DNA of 64,000 nucleotides from Felis catus (taxonomy: Eukaryota): assembly GCF_018350175.1 (NCBI RefSeq), contig NC_058368.1, positions 186,684,001-186,748,000 of the forward strand, in the 5' to 3' direction. A model generated the notes under the pieces. The model did no database searches. It was not told the DNA's origin and was given only the letters and a program-made list of their open reading frames with translations. This document shows, in pieces, positions 15,292-28,313 of this stretch. The number at the start of each line of letters is the position of its first letter. Within the stretch, counting starts at the first letter, position 1. The position numbers and the translations under genes are program-made.

Positions 15292-16837
15292 GTGTTCTTA
15301 TAACTCTTAAACACAAGTGGTTTCTCCACCTTCTTTAATCAAAATGTGTAATAACAAGACATCATAAGTTCTAATTTAGCATGACAGTTCTAAACCTGAT
15401 TTTGGAGTCAGTTTCAGTATTTACTGTCTATTTACAGTTGTGTGACAACAGGTAATAAACAAATAAGCAAGAAACTGACCCTTCAGTTTCTTCATCTATA
15501 AAATGGAGTTAATTATTCTCTGATAGGCTATTATGAAGATTATTTGTGATAATGTAAAGAGAGGATGGATAACATAGTCCTTAATACATGTTAAACACTC
15601 AGTAAGTGGTAAATACTAATAAAATATTAAAATATTATAAGTGATAGGAATTATTACTCTTTAAAGTAAATTTATAGCTTCCAGTTGTATCACCAATGCT
15701 TGTTCATGTATTTTACACTGTAAATACAGAGCACATAGGGTCCAATCCCATTCCTAAAAGACGATACTATCTATAGTTTAAGTCAATGCAAGGAAATCAT
15801 TTTTCAACAGGTATTAGCTGTAAAATCTATAGCAAACCAACTACAAACTTTATCATTTATCAGGCCTGAATACTTAGAGGCATCTTGATTTGATTAAAAC
15901 AAAAAAAGTGACCATCCTACATTCCAGACTCCCGTGGTTTTTTTTTCAACCTAACATGAAAGGTTGGAGATCTACATAGGGCTCTGATTGCACATCACTT
16001 TCTTTTGTGTTGGCATCATGAATAATGCCACTCTATTTCTTATCAAGAATGTCCATTCTTTTCAACTGTAATTTTACTTTTTTATTTTTTTTTCATTTCT
16101 TTCTTTCTTTTTTTTCCCAAAGCTGGGGAACATATAATCAACTAAGTATTGTTGGATGCTCTGGAAAAATCAGTCACCAGGAGAGGGATTGACCTTTTCA
16201 GCTTCCATTGAAGGTTTCCTAGAGAAAGAAGCAGCATGGGAGATCATCTAAAGTGATTTTTAAATTGTGCTCTGTCCTGAGGTCAGGGAGGGATGAAAAT
16301 GGGAAGCCTAGGCAGGTGGGAGCCCACTGTTACCTCAATGACATATGTCCACATTTTTCCACTCTCTTCTCTGTATTGGTTTCCTGTAAGTTTTTAATTT
16401 AATAAGAGTATATACAGCTCTTAGAACAATTCTTTCCTGCCATTTAATTCATTTAATTTATATAAAAACTAAGGCTCTTAAGGAGAGTAAAATATCCAAG
16501 GTTGCATAACAAAGCTGACACAATTTCTGAGACTTGATCTCATCTGGATTTTCCAGTTTGTATCTAGTGTACATTCTGCTATGCTAACAATTACAAAAAA
16601 TATTTAACAGTTCATTCTACATTATTCCATATATTCAATTCAATTGACTTCACTGGGGGAGGTGGGGGGGAAACACCTGTTTGCACATGAGAGTTCATAG
16701 TCCTCAAGCACTATCATGGACATTGTCTCCATGTAACAATTTAAGTTGTAAAATACAAAGAATTTTAAATAAACCTCAGACCAGCAAGAGGGTTACTGAA
16801 TATGTTTCCCAAGTGTCTTATGGAGTTTTTAATTAAA

Positions 16838-16843
<6 letters not shown>

Positions 16844-16886
<43 letters not shown>
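16844..16886. repeat. (AT)~21 microsatellite
   Basis: Directly visible. Confidence 0.95.
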
Positions 16887-16889
<3 letters not shown>

Positions 16890-17125
16890 CTAGTGTTAGG
16901 AGAGTGCTTCTTATTTATCCCTTTGCATTCTTCTATTTGTGTGTTTGTGTATTTGTATGTGTGTATATGTGTTTCCTTATAGAATTTGCTCTTGATTAAT
17001 TTCCCTTACTTTTCTTACGTTCTCTTCAAGTTTTCAACTCTCTTTTCTTCCCTTTAAGCTTTATGTTGTTTATTGTTTATTTTGTTGCCAATAAGTGTGT
17101 GTGTATGTGTGTGTGTGTATATATA

Positions 17126-17183
17126 TAACTAAATTCTAATATATATACATAAATTGATATGTATATATATTAGAATTTAGTTA
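17126..17183. repeat. Perfect 26-bp inverted repeat with 6-nt loop
   Basis: taactaaattctaatatatatacata-aattga-tatgtatatatattagaatttagtta. Confidence 0.95.
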
Positions 17184-17556
17184 CTCCTGCCTTTTCACCA
17201 CCTTGACTTTTACATATCTAAAAAGCCTCCAATGTCTTTATTGCATTAAGAGACCCACAACCACCAGTTTTCCAAATAAAACTGTGCCCAGAAGATCTCC
17301 ATTTGGGGAACATTCTTTTTCCTGCATTTATGGGTGTTGTGAGTCTCTGTGTTGCCTTTATCCATTGTGCCTAATTTTTTTTTGTTATGCAAAGCCACTA
17401 AACTCTTTTAAATCTATTTATTTCTAGTGGTTGGAATTATATATATTTTTAATGATAGATTAAAAAAATACAACTAATTCAAAATCCTCTCTGTTAACAT
17501 CGGTCTTTCTAAAGACCAGTAGCATTTATCTATATCCAATTTACTTTAACCACAAA

Positions 17557-17890
<334 letters not shown>

Positions 17891-19551
17891 GTTTTCCGGT
17901 TTCTTCTTTTTTTAATATAACTGTGATGAGCCTAAGCTTCATTGTTCCACTCAGTCATTATTATTGTGCTAGAGAGAGAAACCAAGTACATCATATTTTG
18001 AGATTCCTTTTCATTTGTATTGAGAAGATAGAATGTCATTATATACTATGTCATTTCTTAGTTTTCTTGTTGTGTTTATTTGGATGAATAGAATAGGTAG
18101 TGAATTATACATTCCTTCTATTAGTTGGATCAGAATTTAGGAGCCTATATTTTCTGTCCTAGATTATTAATTTATGTCTGGGAATGTTATGTTTGCATCA
18201 AGTCCTTGTTGCTTTATCGTTACATATTTTACAAATAACTATTACCTTGGTGGATTCAGCACTATTATAATGGTAAATAAAAGGTAATACCTGAGGTTGT
18301 TCCTTATAATTCCTGACTTACATGAACTCTAAAGAAAACATTTTTTTGGCTAATACTTAAAGTTCAGTTTTTGAATCCTCATGTGTTTGCATTATTAATT
18401 GGCAAATTGTCATTCATACTGCCCTCTACATTGGAGAAGGAGGAGGAGGAGGAGAATTGTCACCATTCTACTTTATCATCTACAACCTGTCCAACTCTTT
18501 TTTTTTTTTTTTTTTGATTTCTGTTTCCTGGTGAGGCAGTGAATGACAATGAATGCTCCTGAATCTTTCCTATGAGGACTTGATGCTTGATGAGCTGTTA
18601 CTGTATCTTCTGAGTATCATGTTCTTCCCTAATTTTACTGTTCTGACCCCAGGTTCCTTAATTCCAAATTATTATTGCCTTTGGGGTGGGAGAAAGGTAT
18701 GGTTTATCTATTAAATTGCTACTCTGTTTTATTTTAAGCTTCCTTTTAACTTCATTAGTTGTTGTGTTGTACACAGAACAGAGTTTGATAAATGGTATTA
18801 GGTAGATTCCAGGAGAAGAAATATTTGGAATTTTGCCATCACTAATTTAGTCCAATCCCCTAAACATCCAACCCCTACCATGTGTGTTGTCTTAGGCTAT
18901 TTGTGTTATTGCTGTTCTTGTTTTTAACTCTAGCTAGTCTTGTTGAAATTGAACTAGACTGATTTGGTTGGGCAGTATTCTGGGTAGAACACTAACCATT
19001 TAGAAGAAAACACCATTCAAATTTCTGTTTATGATGAAAACGATTGAAAAATGTATTTTGCAAAACCAAAATCAAACTATATTGCATGATTGTTATAGTG
19101 ACTGGGTAAAGTTATGTGAAAATTCAGGAAAAGCCCCAGATCGTGAGACTACTTTATAGAAAATTTGCCTCTTTGGTACATTAAATTTTTCAGTTGATGA
19201 CTTGAAAGAGTTAATGATACTCTCTGATACCATGATTTAGACCCTCACTTGTCAAGAACTCTTTCCCAATTTCATAAAACATTATGTTACAGAAAATGTT
19301 ACATGATTTACATTGAAATATGAATCTTAATGTCTTCTGCTTGTACACATTTCTTTGTTGACCGCGTCTGCACTATACCCTTTGAGTTCTCTTTTAATTT
19401 CAAACTTAGTATATGAAATAAGGATTGGTGTTCAAAAGTTTGAATGAGCCATTAAATCTGTAACTTGTAAAAACATCAAGATGTATGTGGCAATCCTCAG
19501 AGGCTGTAGGGTCCACTGGGAAAATGGTGGCTTTTAGAATCAGCCAGACCA

Positions 19552-19785
19552 GGGGCGCCTGGGTGGCGCAGTCGGTTAAGTGTCTGACTTCGGCCAGGTC
19601 ACGATCTCGCGGTCTGTGAGTTCGAGCCCCGCGTCAGGCTCTGGGCTGATGGCTCGGAGCCTGGAGCCTGTTTCTGATTCTGTGTCTCCCTCTCTCTCTG
19701 CCCCTCCCCCGTTCATGCTCTGTCTCTCTCTGTCCCAAAAATAAATAAACGTTGAAAAAAAAATAAAAAAATAAAAATAAAAAAA
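19552..19785 (+). mobile_element. Young SINEC_Fc-type SINE inserted in a MIR
   Basis: ggggcgcctgggtggcgcagtcggttaag... with an A-rich tail; perfect 16-bp TSD agaatcagccagacca (19536-19551 / 19786-19801). Confidence 0.95.
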
Positions 19786-20059
19786 AGAATCAGCCAGACC
19801 AAATTGGGGTCTCATTTAGGCATGGTCTTTTATGAACTGTTCGACCTTAGATATGTTTAACCTTTCCACCCTTCCAGTTCCTCAATAAAACACACTACCT
19901 CATGAAGCTGCTGAGAGGATTAAATGACATAATTATATTAAGGGCCTCATCTGGTACCAGACCAAGAGCACTCAATAAATAGTTGCTGTTACTCTAGAGA
20001 TGGTAGCAGAGAGTGCATCTCTCTCTCAATTTTTTTCTTTTTTTTCTTAGTTTAGTCCT

Positions 20060-20560
20060 ATTACTATTTTTCTAATTATAAATCTAATTCATGGTATTTT
20101 TTAATTTACAAAAGGCAATGAAAACCATCTGCACCTCCACACCCAGATATAATCACTGTTAACATTGCCTTTTATTTACAGGGAGTGACATACTTTTATA
20201 TAAATAATTACCCTCTGCTATTGTGTATACTGCTAGTTTCCACTTGCCTTTTTATACCTTCAAGTATAAGTATACACCATTTCTAATAGTGACAAGATAT
20301 TTTATTGATATATTTACCATAATTTATGTAATAAGCACCTATGGTTAGATATTTGCATTGTTTCTAAGTGGTTTTCCATTATAAGCAACTCTAAGCGTTC
20401 CACTGTGGACATGTTTGTACATCATTGATTCTTGATGTATTTCTTAAAATAGAATTTCTGGGTGAAAAAATGTATGTGCATTTAAAATGGTGATAGATAT
20501 TTCCAAGTTGTTCCCCAGGAAAGTTCTGTCATAGCTCATATACCCACTAGCACCATATGA
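20060..20560 (-). mobile_element. Ancient L1 (L1M-type) 3' fragment
   Basis: tagaatttctgggtgaaaaaatgtatgtgcatttaaaatggtgatagatatttccaagttg...cccactagcaccatatgag resembles the antisense L1 3' end. Confidence 0.6.
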
Positions 20561-20569
20561 GTGTGTGGG

Positions 20570-20616
<47 letters not shown>

Positions 20617-22239
20617 TCACCAAGCCCTTAAAAGGATAAAGAACCAGAAAAAACTGGTGCCTTTGTCCAATTGCAGACGTGTTAGAGAAATGAAGGCAGA
20701 AGAATCCAAAACCTGTGTGCAGTTTTTCTCCTCTCCATTCAAAAGCCATAGAGAATAAAACAGCAATAGAAAAACAAAACAAAAACAATCAACACTTAAC
20801 TCAAGCTGAAGCTCTACAAAGAAACAGAGACACATAAGCAGAGCCAATATTCATGCAAGCAGAATCCCGACAAATCTACCGAAGCTATATTTGAACAAAT
20901 AGGAAAACCCTGTAGGAAGGTCTACATCAAAATGAAACATCTGAACAAAGATACAGCATGGCAGCTGTGCAGGAAAACTACAAATGACTCTGTCTATGTC
21001 TGTTTAGTTAGGTAGAAAGAGAAAAGAACTTAGGTTACAAAAGACAGAATAATGACTCTAATTGGAAAAAAAAATACTTCAGGATAAATTAAAATTTCCA
21101 TAACAAAAGTTTTTTTCTCACCCAAAATTGAAGGAGAATATGAAACAAAAGATCAAGGATGAAATGATAAATAAGATGCTAAGAGGTGATTTAAAAGGCA
21201 AAAATGAAGACAAAGTAATCTTTGTAGAAACTAGTAACTGAGTCTAAACAAGAGAATAAGTGTGGCAAAATATCAAGGCAGTGACACAGAGTTTAGGCTG
21301 GAGAAAATCATGCCAAATCATGCCAAATGGAGAGAAAAGAGATATAAAGATACAAACCACTTAGAAAAAACATAATAAATATATAAAACAGGCATAGCAG
21401 ATTAAACATGCAGAATCATGATGCCAGTATAGAATGGAATAAAATGGATTAGAAAAAGTCTGATGTCAAAAATTATAATAATAATGAATACTTATTGGAT
21501 GCCTTTCATGTTCTTAGACACTTTACATATAGTATGTCATGACAGTCTTTATTATTATCCTTTATTGCAGTAATTATAATTTTATAGATAATGAACTAGG
21601 ACCCAGAGAATCTAATTAACTTGCTTACAGTTAGAAAGCTAAGAAATGGTTGAACAGAAAAGATGACTAGAGGCTACACTCTTATGCTAGACATTATATA
21701 TTTATACATATATGCAATAAAATAAATCATTAGGCCCAAAGGGTATACTGGGTCCTAAGGTAAAAATTATATAATCTCATTACCACCCTATTATATCTTT
21801 CTGACATTACCAAACTTCCATTCAGAAATAGTGAATGTTCTACAAGGAAGGGGAAGAAAATTAGGTCTCAAACTATTCAACAGTAATATTAAATTTTGTA
21901 AAACAATGGAAAAATGTTACAGGGTTCTGAGGCGGAGACAAAGTAACCTAAGAATATTATTATTGATAGATAAAGGCAAAAAAAAAAGATATCCACCGTT
22001 TCCAAAGTCGTAGTGAATATAGCATCCACAAAACCTTGTTAAAAAAAAAATTCTAGCCCCAATTAAAGGTAGTCCAAGTAAGGAACTCTAGAATAGGAAA
22101 AGGCAGTGTGCTAGCATTCAGAACTAAAGATAGCATGTCAACTTAAAGCTATACAGCTCCAGAAATTAAAGTCACAGAATAAAAAATAAGTGAATTATTT
22201 AAACTAGATACTAAACACTGTATAAAAAGAATAAACCAT

Positions 22240-22459
22240 GGGGCACCTGGGTGGCTCAGTTGGTTGAGCGTCCGACTTCGGCCCAGGTCATGATCTCATG
22301 GTCCGTGGGTTCGAGCCCCGCATTGGGCTCTGTGCTGACAGCTCGGAGCCCGGAGCCTGTTTCAGATTCTGTGTCTCCCTCCCTCTCTGACCCTTTCCTG
22401 TTCATGCTCTGTCTCTCTCTGTCTCAAAAATAAATAAACATTAAAAAAAAATTTTTTTT
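22240..22459 (+). mobile_element. Can-SINE (SINEC_Fc-like)
   Basis: Full SINE; TSD aaaagaataaacca. Confidence 0.93.
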
Positions 22460-24342
22460 AAAAGAATAAACCAGAGTGTCTGTTGTTGAAGTGAGACAAA
22501 GTATTTGTTTTCTAATTCATAGCAAGGACTCAGTATTTACCCTTTATCCTTAGAGTTTATGAATCAAGAAGTTGAAGATTAAGAATATATTTAAAATTAA
22601 CATAGATTACTATGACCATGTTTCTGGAAGGATCCACCATAGATTGCCTACATCAGGGTCATCTGGGATGCTCACTTAAAATTTAGTAGATTCCACCTGA
22701 GACATTGGAAATCAAAATCTTTAGTGGGAAAGCTAGGGAATCTGCATTTTTGTCTTTTAGATCTTTGTCCTATACACTGAAACAGGAAAGTCTGAGTATC
22801 AAGATAGTTAGGATAAAACAATCAAAAACTGACAATTAATCTATAAAAAACCCTAGCTAATAAGAAGGAAATAAAATAAAGATGCAGATAAGGTAGCTAA
22901 TGCTACATGTCAGAAATAAGGATGAGGGCAACTTAAAAGCAAATTTAGAGCAGAAATTAAGATGATAGAATTAAGACCAAGCTTATCTTAACTGCTATAA
23001 CTAGAGCACCTATCAATTTACCCATCAAAAGAGCAAGATTCTTAGATTTGATCAAGCAACTAAACCCAACAAAATGCTATTTATTAGATACACTTCTAAA
23101 GCAAAAGTATTGAAAAATATTCTATGTAAAGTCACAGGCAAAACAAATGAGGCAAACACAAGTCTGAGAATAACTGAATATTGAATATTATTACTATTTG
23201 GTAGTACCAAGTTATGACTGTTATGACATTATAAGGATGAATTGAAGGTAAAAAAAACTATTGACTGAGAGATATTTTATAATAATTGCAATCCAAATTA
23301 AAGGTGTTATCAAAGATTAATAATTTATATATAATTCATAAAATTAAAATTGAAATAGCATCCAAATAAAGTGATAGGAAATAAAAAGAGAAAATGACAG
23401 AAACATTACCTGACTAATATATTTAATAATGTTTATTAGTTGTATAACCACATTTTTATACAACTCATGTGCCAAAGTTACAATAAAAATTAATTTTGAA
23501 GAACATCTAGGAACTAATAGCAACTTAAAATACTGTATAATGAATCCCAAGGGATGTGGTTAAAATAATTCACAGTGGGAAAGTTATAGGGTCAAGCAAA
23601 TTTCTGACAAGTAATTTTAAAAAGTGAATTAAATGTATAATTTAAGAAGTTAAAAAAATATCAACAGTATATCCTAAAGAAGCAGGAGAAAGTAATTCAT
23701 CTAGATCAATTATAAGTTAATAAAACAGAAAAGCAAAGTAAAAATGTACAAATAAATCAGTTCTTTTTTAAAAAATTAAGTAAAATAGGGAAATAATTGA
23801 TAAAGGAAAAGATTATTAAAGAAGCAAAGAGGGAGCCAAAGTAGAAATTTTTAAAAGCATAACAATTGTTTTTTAGAAAGGCGAAATTAAAAGAAAATTA
23901 TGCAAATATCTTAGAAAATGTGGATAAAATACATGACATTCTTAGAAAGTATAAATTAGCAACACTAACCCTAGCAGGAAGAGAAAACAAAAACAGAGCA
24001 ATTACCAAAGACAAAACTAAGAAAAGTGACAAAATAACTTAATCCTACTCTAAAAGATCATCTAGCCTAGAAGATTTCAACAATAAATCTTGTCGAACAT
24101 TATAAGCAAATATCTCCACTGGTATTTAAACTCTTGGAGATCCTAGCAGAAAGAAGAAAAAATTTTTCAAATGATTTAGAAAGTAGCATAACATAAGTAA
24201 GGTGACAAAACCATATCTAAAAAAAGCATAAGTGTAGGAAAAAAGCTATGGATTCACTTCATTAATGAGTATCAGTGGAGGAGAAAAATCTTTAAATTAA
24301 GCTTTACTTAAATTTTACTTTATTTAAATTTTACTTTACCTA

Positions 24343-24563
24343 GGGGCTCCTGGGTGGCTCAGTCGGTTGAGCTTCCGACTTCGGCTCAGGTCACGATCTC
24401 ACGGTCCGTGAGTTCGAGCCCCGCGTCAGGCTCTGGGCTGATGGCTCAGAGCCTGGAGCCTGCTTCCGATTCTGCGTCTCCCTCTCTCTCTGCCCCTCCC
24501 CCGTTCATGGTCCGTCTCTCTCTGTCTCAAAAATAAATAAATGTTAAAAAAAAAAATTTTTTT
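24343..24563 (+). mobile_element. Can-SINE (SINEC_Fc-like)
   Basis: Full SINE; TSD taaattttactttaccta. Confidence 0.93.
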
Positions 24564-25741
24564 TTAAATTTTACTTTACCTAAAATTACTTAAAATTTAT
24601 TTAAATTTTACCTTACAACATAACTATGAAATATAATTACAAAACAAAATTATAATATTATTTACCATATTAATATGTTAAAAAGGTGAAGTTTTTTTAC
24701 CCTTTCAATAGATTACCAAGAGATATTTAAAGGTTCTGAATTCAGTATTCATGTTTTGGTTATAAATTTTAAAACCCTTAGGAAATTGAGAAATGATGGA
24801 TATTTTCTTGCTATGGGTTTCTTAACTTCTCTTCATCTATCCAAACTTTCTCTCTTACATTTTGTCTTAGGATAGAACAGTAAAAGCAGGAACAAGAAAT
24901 GGATGCTTACCATCACCACTGTTATTTAATTTTGCAAAAATTGTTAGTGAAATTACACGAGAGATAATAAGGAATTTTAGAAAAGGAGGAAAAAGAATTT
25001 CACTCTTAGCAAAAAAGAAATTATTTTATTCTGGGAGGAGCTTTTAGAAACTATATGAAAATTTAGGGAAGTTTCTATAGCTTTTCTATATAAAGAATAT
25101 ATAAACAATAATATATATATATGTACATATGTATTAGATATGATATTTATATATGTTATTTATATTTATACCTATAATGGAAGGAAAGAAAAAGAACCCT
25201 TTTACTAATAGTAAGATTTTGATAAAAGAAAACTTCATTTAAAATACCTTATTTTTTTAAAAAAATAACATTTTAAGAGAATCAGTTTTTACCAAAATAT
25301 TCTATGAATTTAGTGTAATCTCATTGGATGACAAAGGGCTTCATTTTGAATTTTAATTCTTTACTGTTTTGGGTTTTTTTTTAGAAATTTGACACAGTAA
25401 CTCTAAAGTTTATTTGAAAGAAAAAATATATATATAGAATCAGCAAAATGATGAAAAAAGAATAGTTCTACCAGAAGTTTAAATGAATTGTAAAACAAGA
25501 GTGATTAATATAGTAGTGAATCAGTCCTATCTACATAAAGAGAATAGAAATTGACTTAGAAACATAATACACTAAATTCTTAATAAGAGTGTCATTTCAT
25601 ATCATTAGGAACATGTGAGTTATTTAATAAGTAGTGGTGAGTAATTAGATGACCATTTGGGAATACTGAAATGTAATACCATATATTTAACCCACCCCAT
25701 CCTCCAAATTAAATTCTAGATAAATTGAAGAGCTAAATATT

Positions 25742-25942
25742 TTTTTAATGTTTATTTATTTTTAAGAGAGGGAGATAGAGCTTGAGTTGGGGAGAGGCAG
25801 AGAGAGAGGGAGACCCAGAATCAGAAACAGGCTCCAGGCTTTGTGTTGACAGCCCAGACATGGGGCTGGAACCAATGAACTGTGAGATCATGACCTGAAC
25901 CAAAGTCGGACACTTAACTGACTGAGCCACCCAGGCGCTCCC
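25742..25942 (-). mobile_element. Can-SINE (SINEC_Fc-like)
   Basis: Full SINE; TSD about ctaaatatttttt. Confidence 0.92.
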
Positions 25943-26262
25943 AAGATCTAAATATTTTTTTAAAGAGAAAAAGATACATAAAAAGCAGAAAATCATGTAT
26001 AAATATTTTAATAAACATGGGCAAAACAGAAAATACAGAATCTAGAAGAGAATAATATATTTGAGCTTGTAAAAATGTTTAATTTCTATATTTTTCTTTT
26101 TCTCTTACCATTTTCTCTTACCATTCTTTTTTTTCTTACCATTCTTATCAGGTAAAGCTTTTCTTTCCACGAGGAACATAATTTTTTTTATCTTCTTTCT
26201 AATTACATTTTTTAAAGCACATGGTTATTTTCATTTAATAATAGTTAAAAATAAGAAAAGTT

Positions 26263-26480
26263 GGGGCGCCTGGGTGGCTCAGTCGGTTAAGCGTCCGACT
26301 TCGGCTCAGGTCATGATCTCGCGGTCCGTGAGTTCGAGCTCCGCGTCGGGCTCTGTGCTGACAGCTCAGAGCCTGGAGCCTGTTTCTGATTCTGTGTCTC
26401 CCTCTCTCTGACCCTCCCCCATTCATGCGCTGTCTCTCTCTGTCTCAAAAATAAATAAACGTTAAAAAAAATTTTAAAAA
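26263..26480 (+). mobile_element. Can-SINE (SINEC_Fc-like), CpG-rich
   Basis: Full SINE; TSD aaaaataagaaaagt (26247-26261 / 26481-26495). Confidence 0.94.
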
Positions 26481-26589
26481 AAAAATAAGAAAAGTAGAAA
26501 CCATTTGAATCCCACTTTTTTCCTAAGGGGGAAAAATACCCAATATTTTATAATCATTTTTTCATTTTTCATGTTTATACTTCTGTATG

Positions 26590-27175
26590 AACAGATTCCC
26601 TTTCTCATTCTCCCTTCAACAGTATTGATTGCTGATTGCTCTTCACTCTTTATTAAGTGTATAGTCTTGTTTTAACTTGAATTTCTCACATTTAAGAAAT
26701 TCAGTAACTTTTCATATATTTATGTGGTATTTGAATTGGCTTCCCTGTGAATTGACTATGATTACTCTTACCCATTTCTCTGTTTTCAGTTTTCAGAGGT
26801 CTAAATACAATAAATATACTAACCACTTATTAGTATGTGCACTGAAGATGTTTTCCCAAGCTGCCATTCATTCCATAAACAAGTTTTCAATTTTTAAATT
26901 GCCTAATTATTTTCACTTTTATAATTTCTGGGTTTTCTGGAATGGATAAAAATTCCTCTTCAAACTCTAGGTTAGGCATATGGTGTAATGAATTTTTATG
27001 AAAACTATTTTTCTTTCCATAGTTAATTCATTGTTTCATGTTTTACATTTAATCCATCTTAAATAACATATTACTGTTAGTGCAAGAGAATGGTCAGCTT
27101 TATATTTTTCCAGGAGTAAAACCAATAGCACAAGCATTATTGTATTATTACATTTTGAAATCCATTTTCCCAGTG
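26590..27175 (-). mobile_element. Ancient L1 fragment, probable continuation of 20060-20560
   Basis: ttccctttctcattctcccttcaacagtattg...ttttcatatatttatgtggtatttg...cccatttctc resembles antisense L1 ORF2 3' sequence. Confidence 0.5.
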
Positions 27176-27997
27176 GTTACATTTAGAGAGTGGGACAGAA
27201 TGATAGAAACACTTCCATTTTTCATTTAATGTCTTTCTGCAGTGTTTGAACTATTACAATGAGTACATATTACTTTTAAAATTTAAGACACTGTGTGAAT
27301 GTGTTTATGTATACATATTCCCACCTGTTTTGCCAGTATGATCCTATGGTCCTTTTACTACATTCTCTCTAACACATACAGTTACACACACACACACTCA
27401 CTCACCATACCTACTCAACCCAAACACCACACACAAATACAATTCCTACTTTTCCCAGTGTTTCATATATATCACTTAACCAGAATAGCCCAATAACATA
27501 TAAGTAGTACATGCTCATTTATAATAATTATTGCTTCTATTCTGTTCTAATAATTATTGCTGTCAAAAAGAAAAGGAAGGAAGGAAAGAGGGAAGAAAGC
27601 AGGGAGTAGGGAGAGTGAGGGAAGAAGAGAGAAAGAGGGAGAGAATAGACTAGACTGAACAGTAACTAGTCTACGTTGGGACCAGTCAATACCATGCCAT
27701 CTGTCTTTCTTGTCGATGTTGTCACCAGTTATGCAACTAGACAAATAGATGTCTTAATATTTTTTCCAGCTTGGACATACCTATAGCAACACTGCCCATA
27801 AATCCCTGTAGATATAGTTCCCCATGAAAAAATTAATTTTCTAACTCAGTACAGTAAACTGAAACTCAGGAGATTTGAGATTTAAGTTTTAATTCTGCAC
27901 TTAAGACATACTTGTAATATCTGAAAAGTCAACCTGTCCTGCAAAATAAGGATGTGATCTCCAAGATCTCATCCACCTTAAAAATCATGTGGTTTTA

Positions 27998-28203
27998 GGG
28001 GTGTCTGGGTGGCTCAGTTGGTTAAGCCTCTGACTCTTGATTTTGGCTCAGGGCAAGATCTCACCATTGTGAGAGCAAGCCCCATGTTAGGCTTCGTGTT
28101 GAGGGTGGAGTCTGCTTAAGATTCTTTCTCTCTCCATCTGCCCCTATCCCCCACTCTCTCTCACTTTCTCTCCCAAAAAATATAAATAAATTAAAATTTA
28201 AAA
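27998..28203 (+). mobile_element. Older Can-SINE
   Basis: gggtggctcagttggttaagcctctgactcttgattttggctcagg; TSD aaaaatcatgtggtt. Confidence 0.9.
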
Positions 28204-28244
28204 AAAAATCATGTGGTTCTAGAATGTTTACTGAGCCTTCTTGG

Positions 28245-28313
28245 CTAAAATTCATTAGTCCTGTAGCCTAAAATTCATTAGTCCTATAGCCTAAAATTCA
28301 TTAGTCCTGTAGC
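28245..28313. repeat. 23-bp tandem repeat x3 (ctaaaattcattagtcctgtagc)
   Basis: Three copies with one mismatch in the middle copy. Confidence 0.95.

Larger units (their letters stand above)
20850..26100 (+). mobile_element. Large degraded ancient L1 (ORF1/ORF2 remnants), interrupted by SINEs and a MER5-like piece
   Basis: Very A-rich; ORF2-endonuclease-like remnant at ~22960-23100 (cccatcaaaagagcaagattcttagatttgatc...acccaacaaaatgctattta). Boundaries approximate. Confidence 0.55.

Noticed and set aside
17250..17520. Possible further CR1 RT homology downstream of the decayed FADD motif
   Set aside because: Only scattered 3-4 residue resemblances across frames; not supportable by eye.
28245..28313. 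Direct repeats as a CRISPR-like array
   Set aside because: There are no spacers, and the context is eukaryotic.
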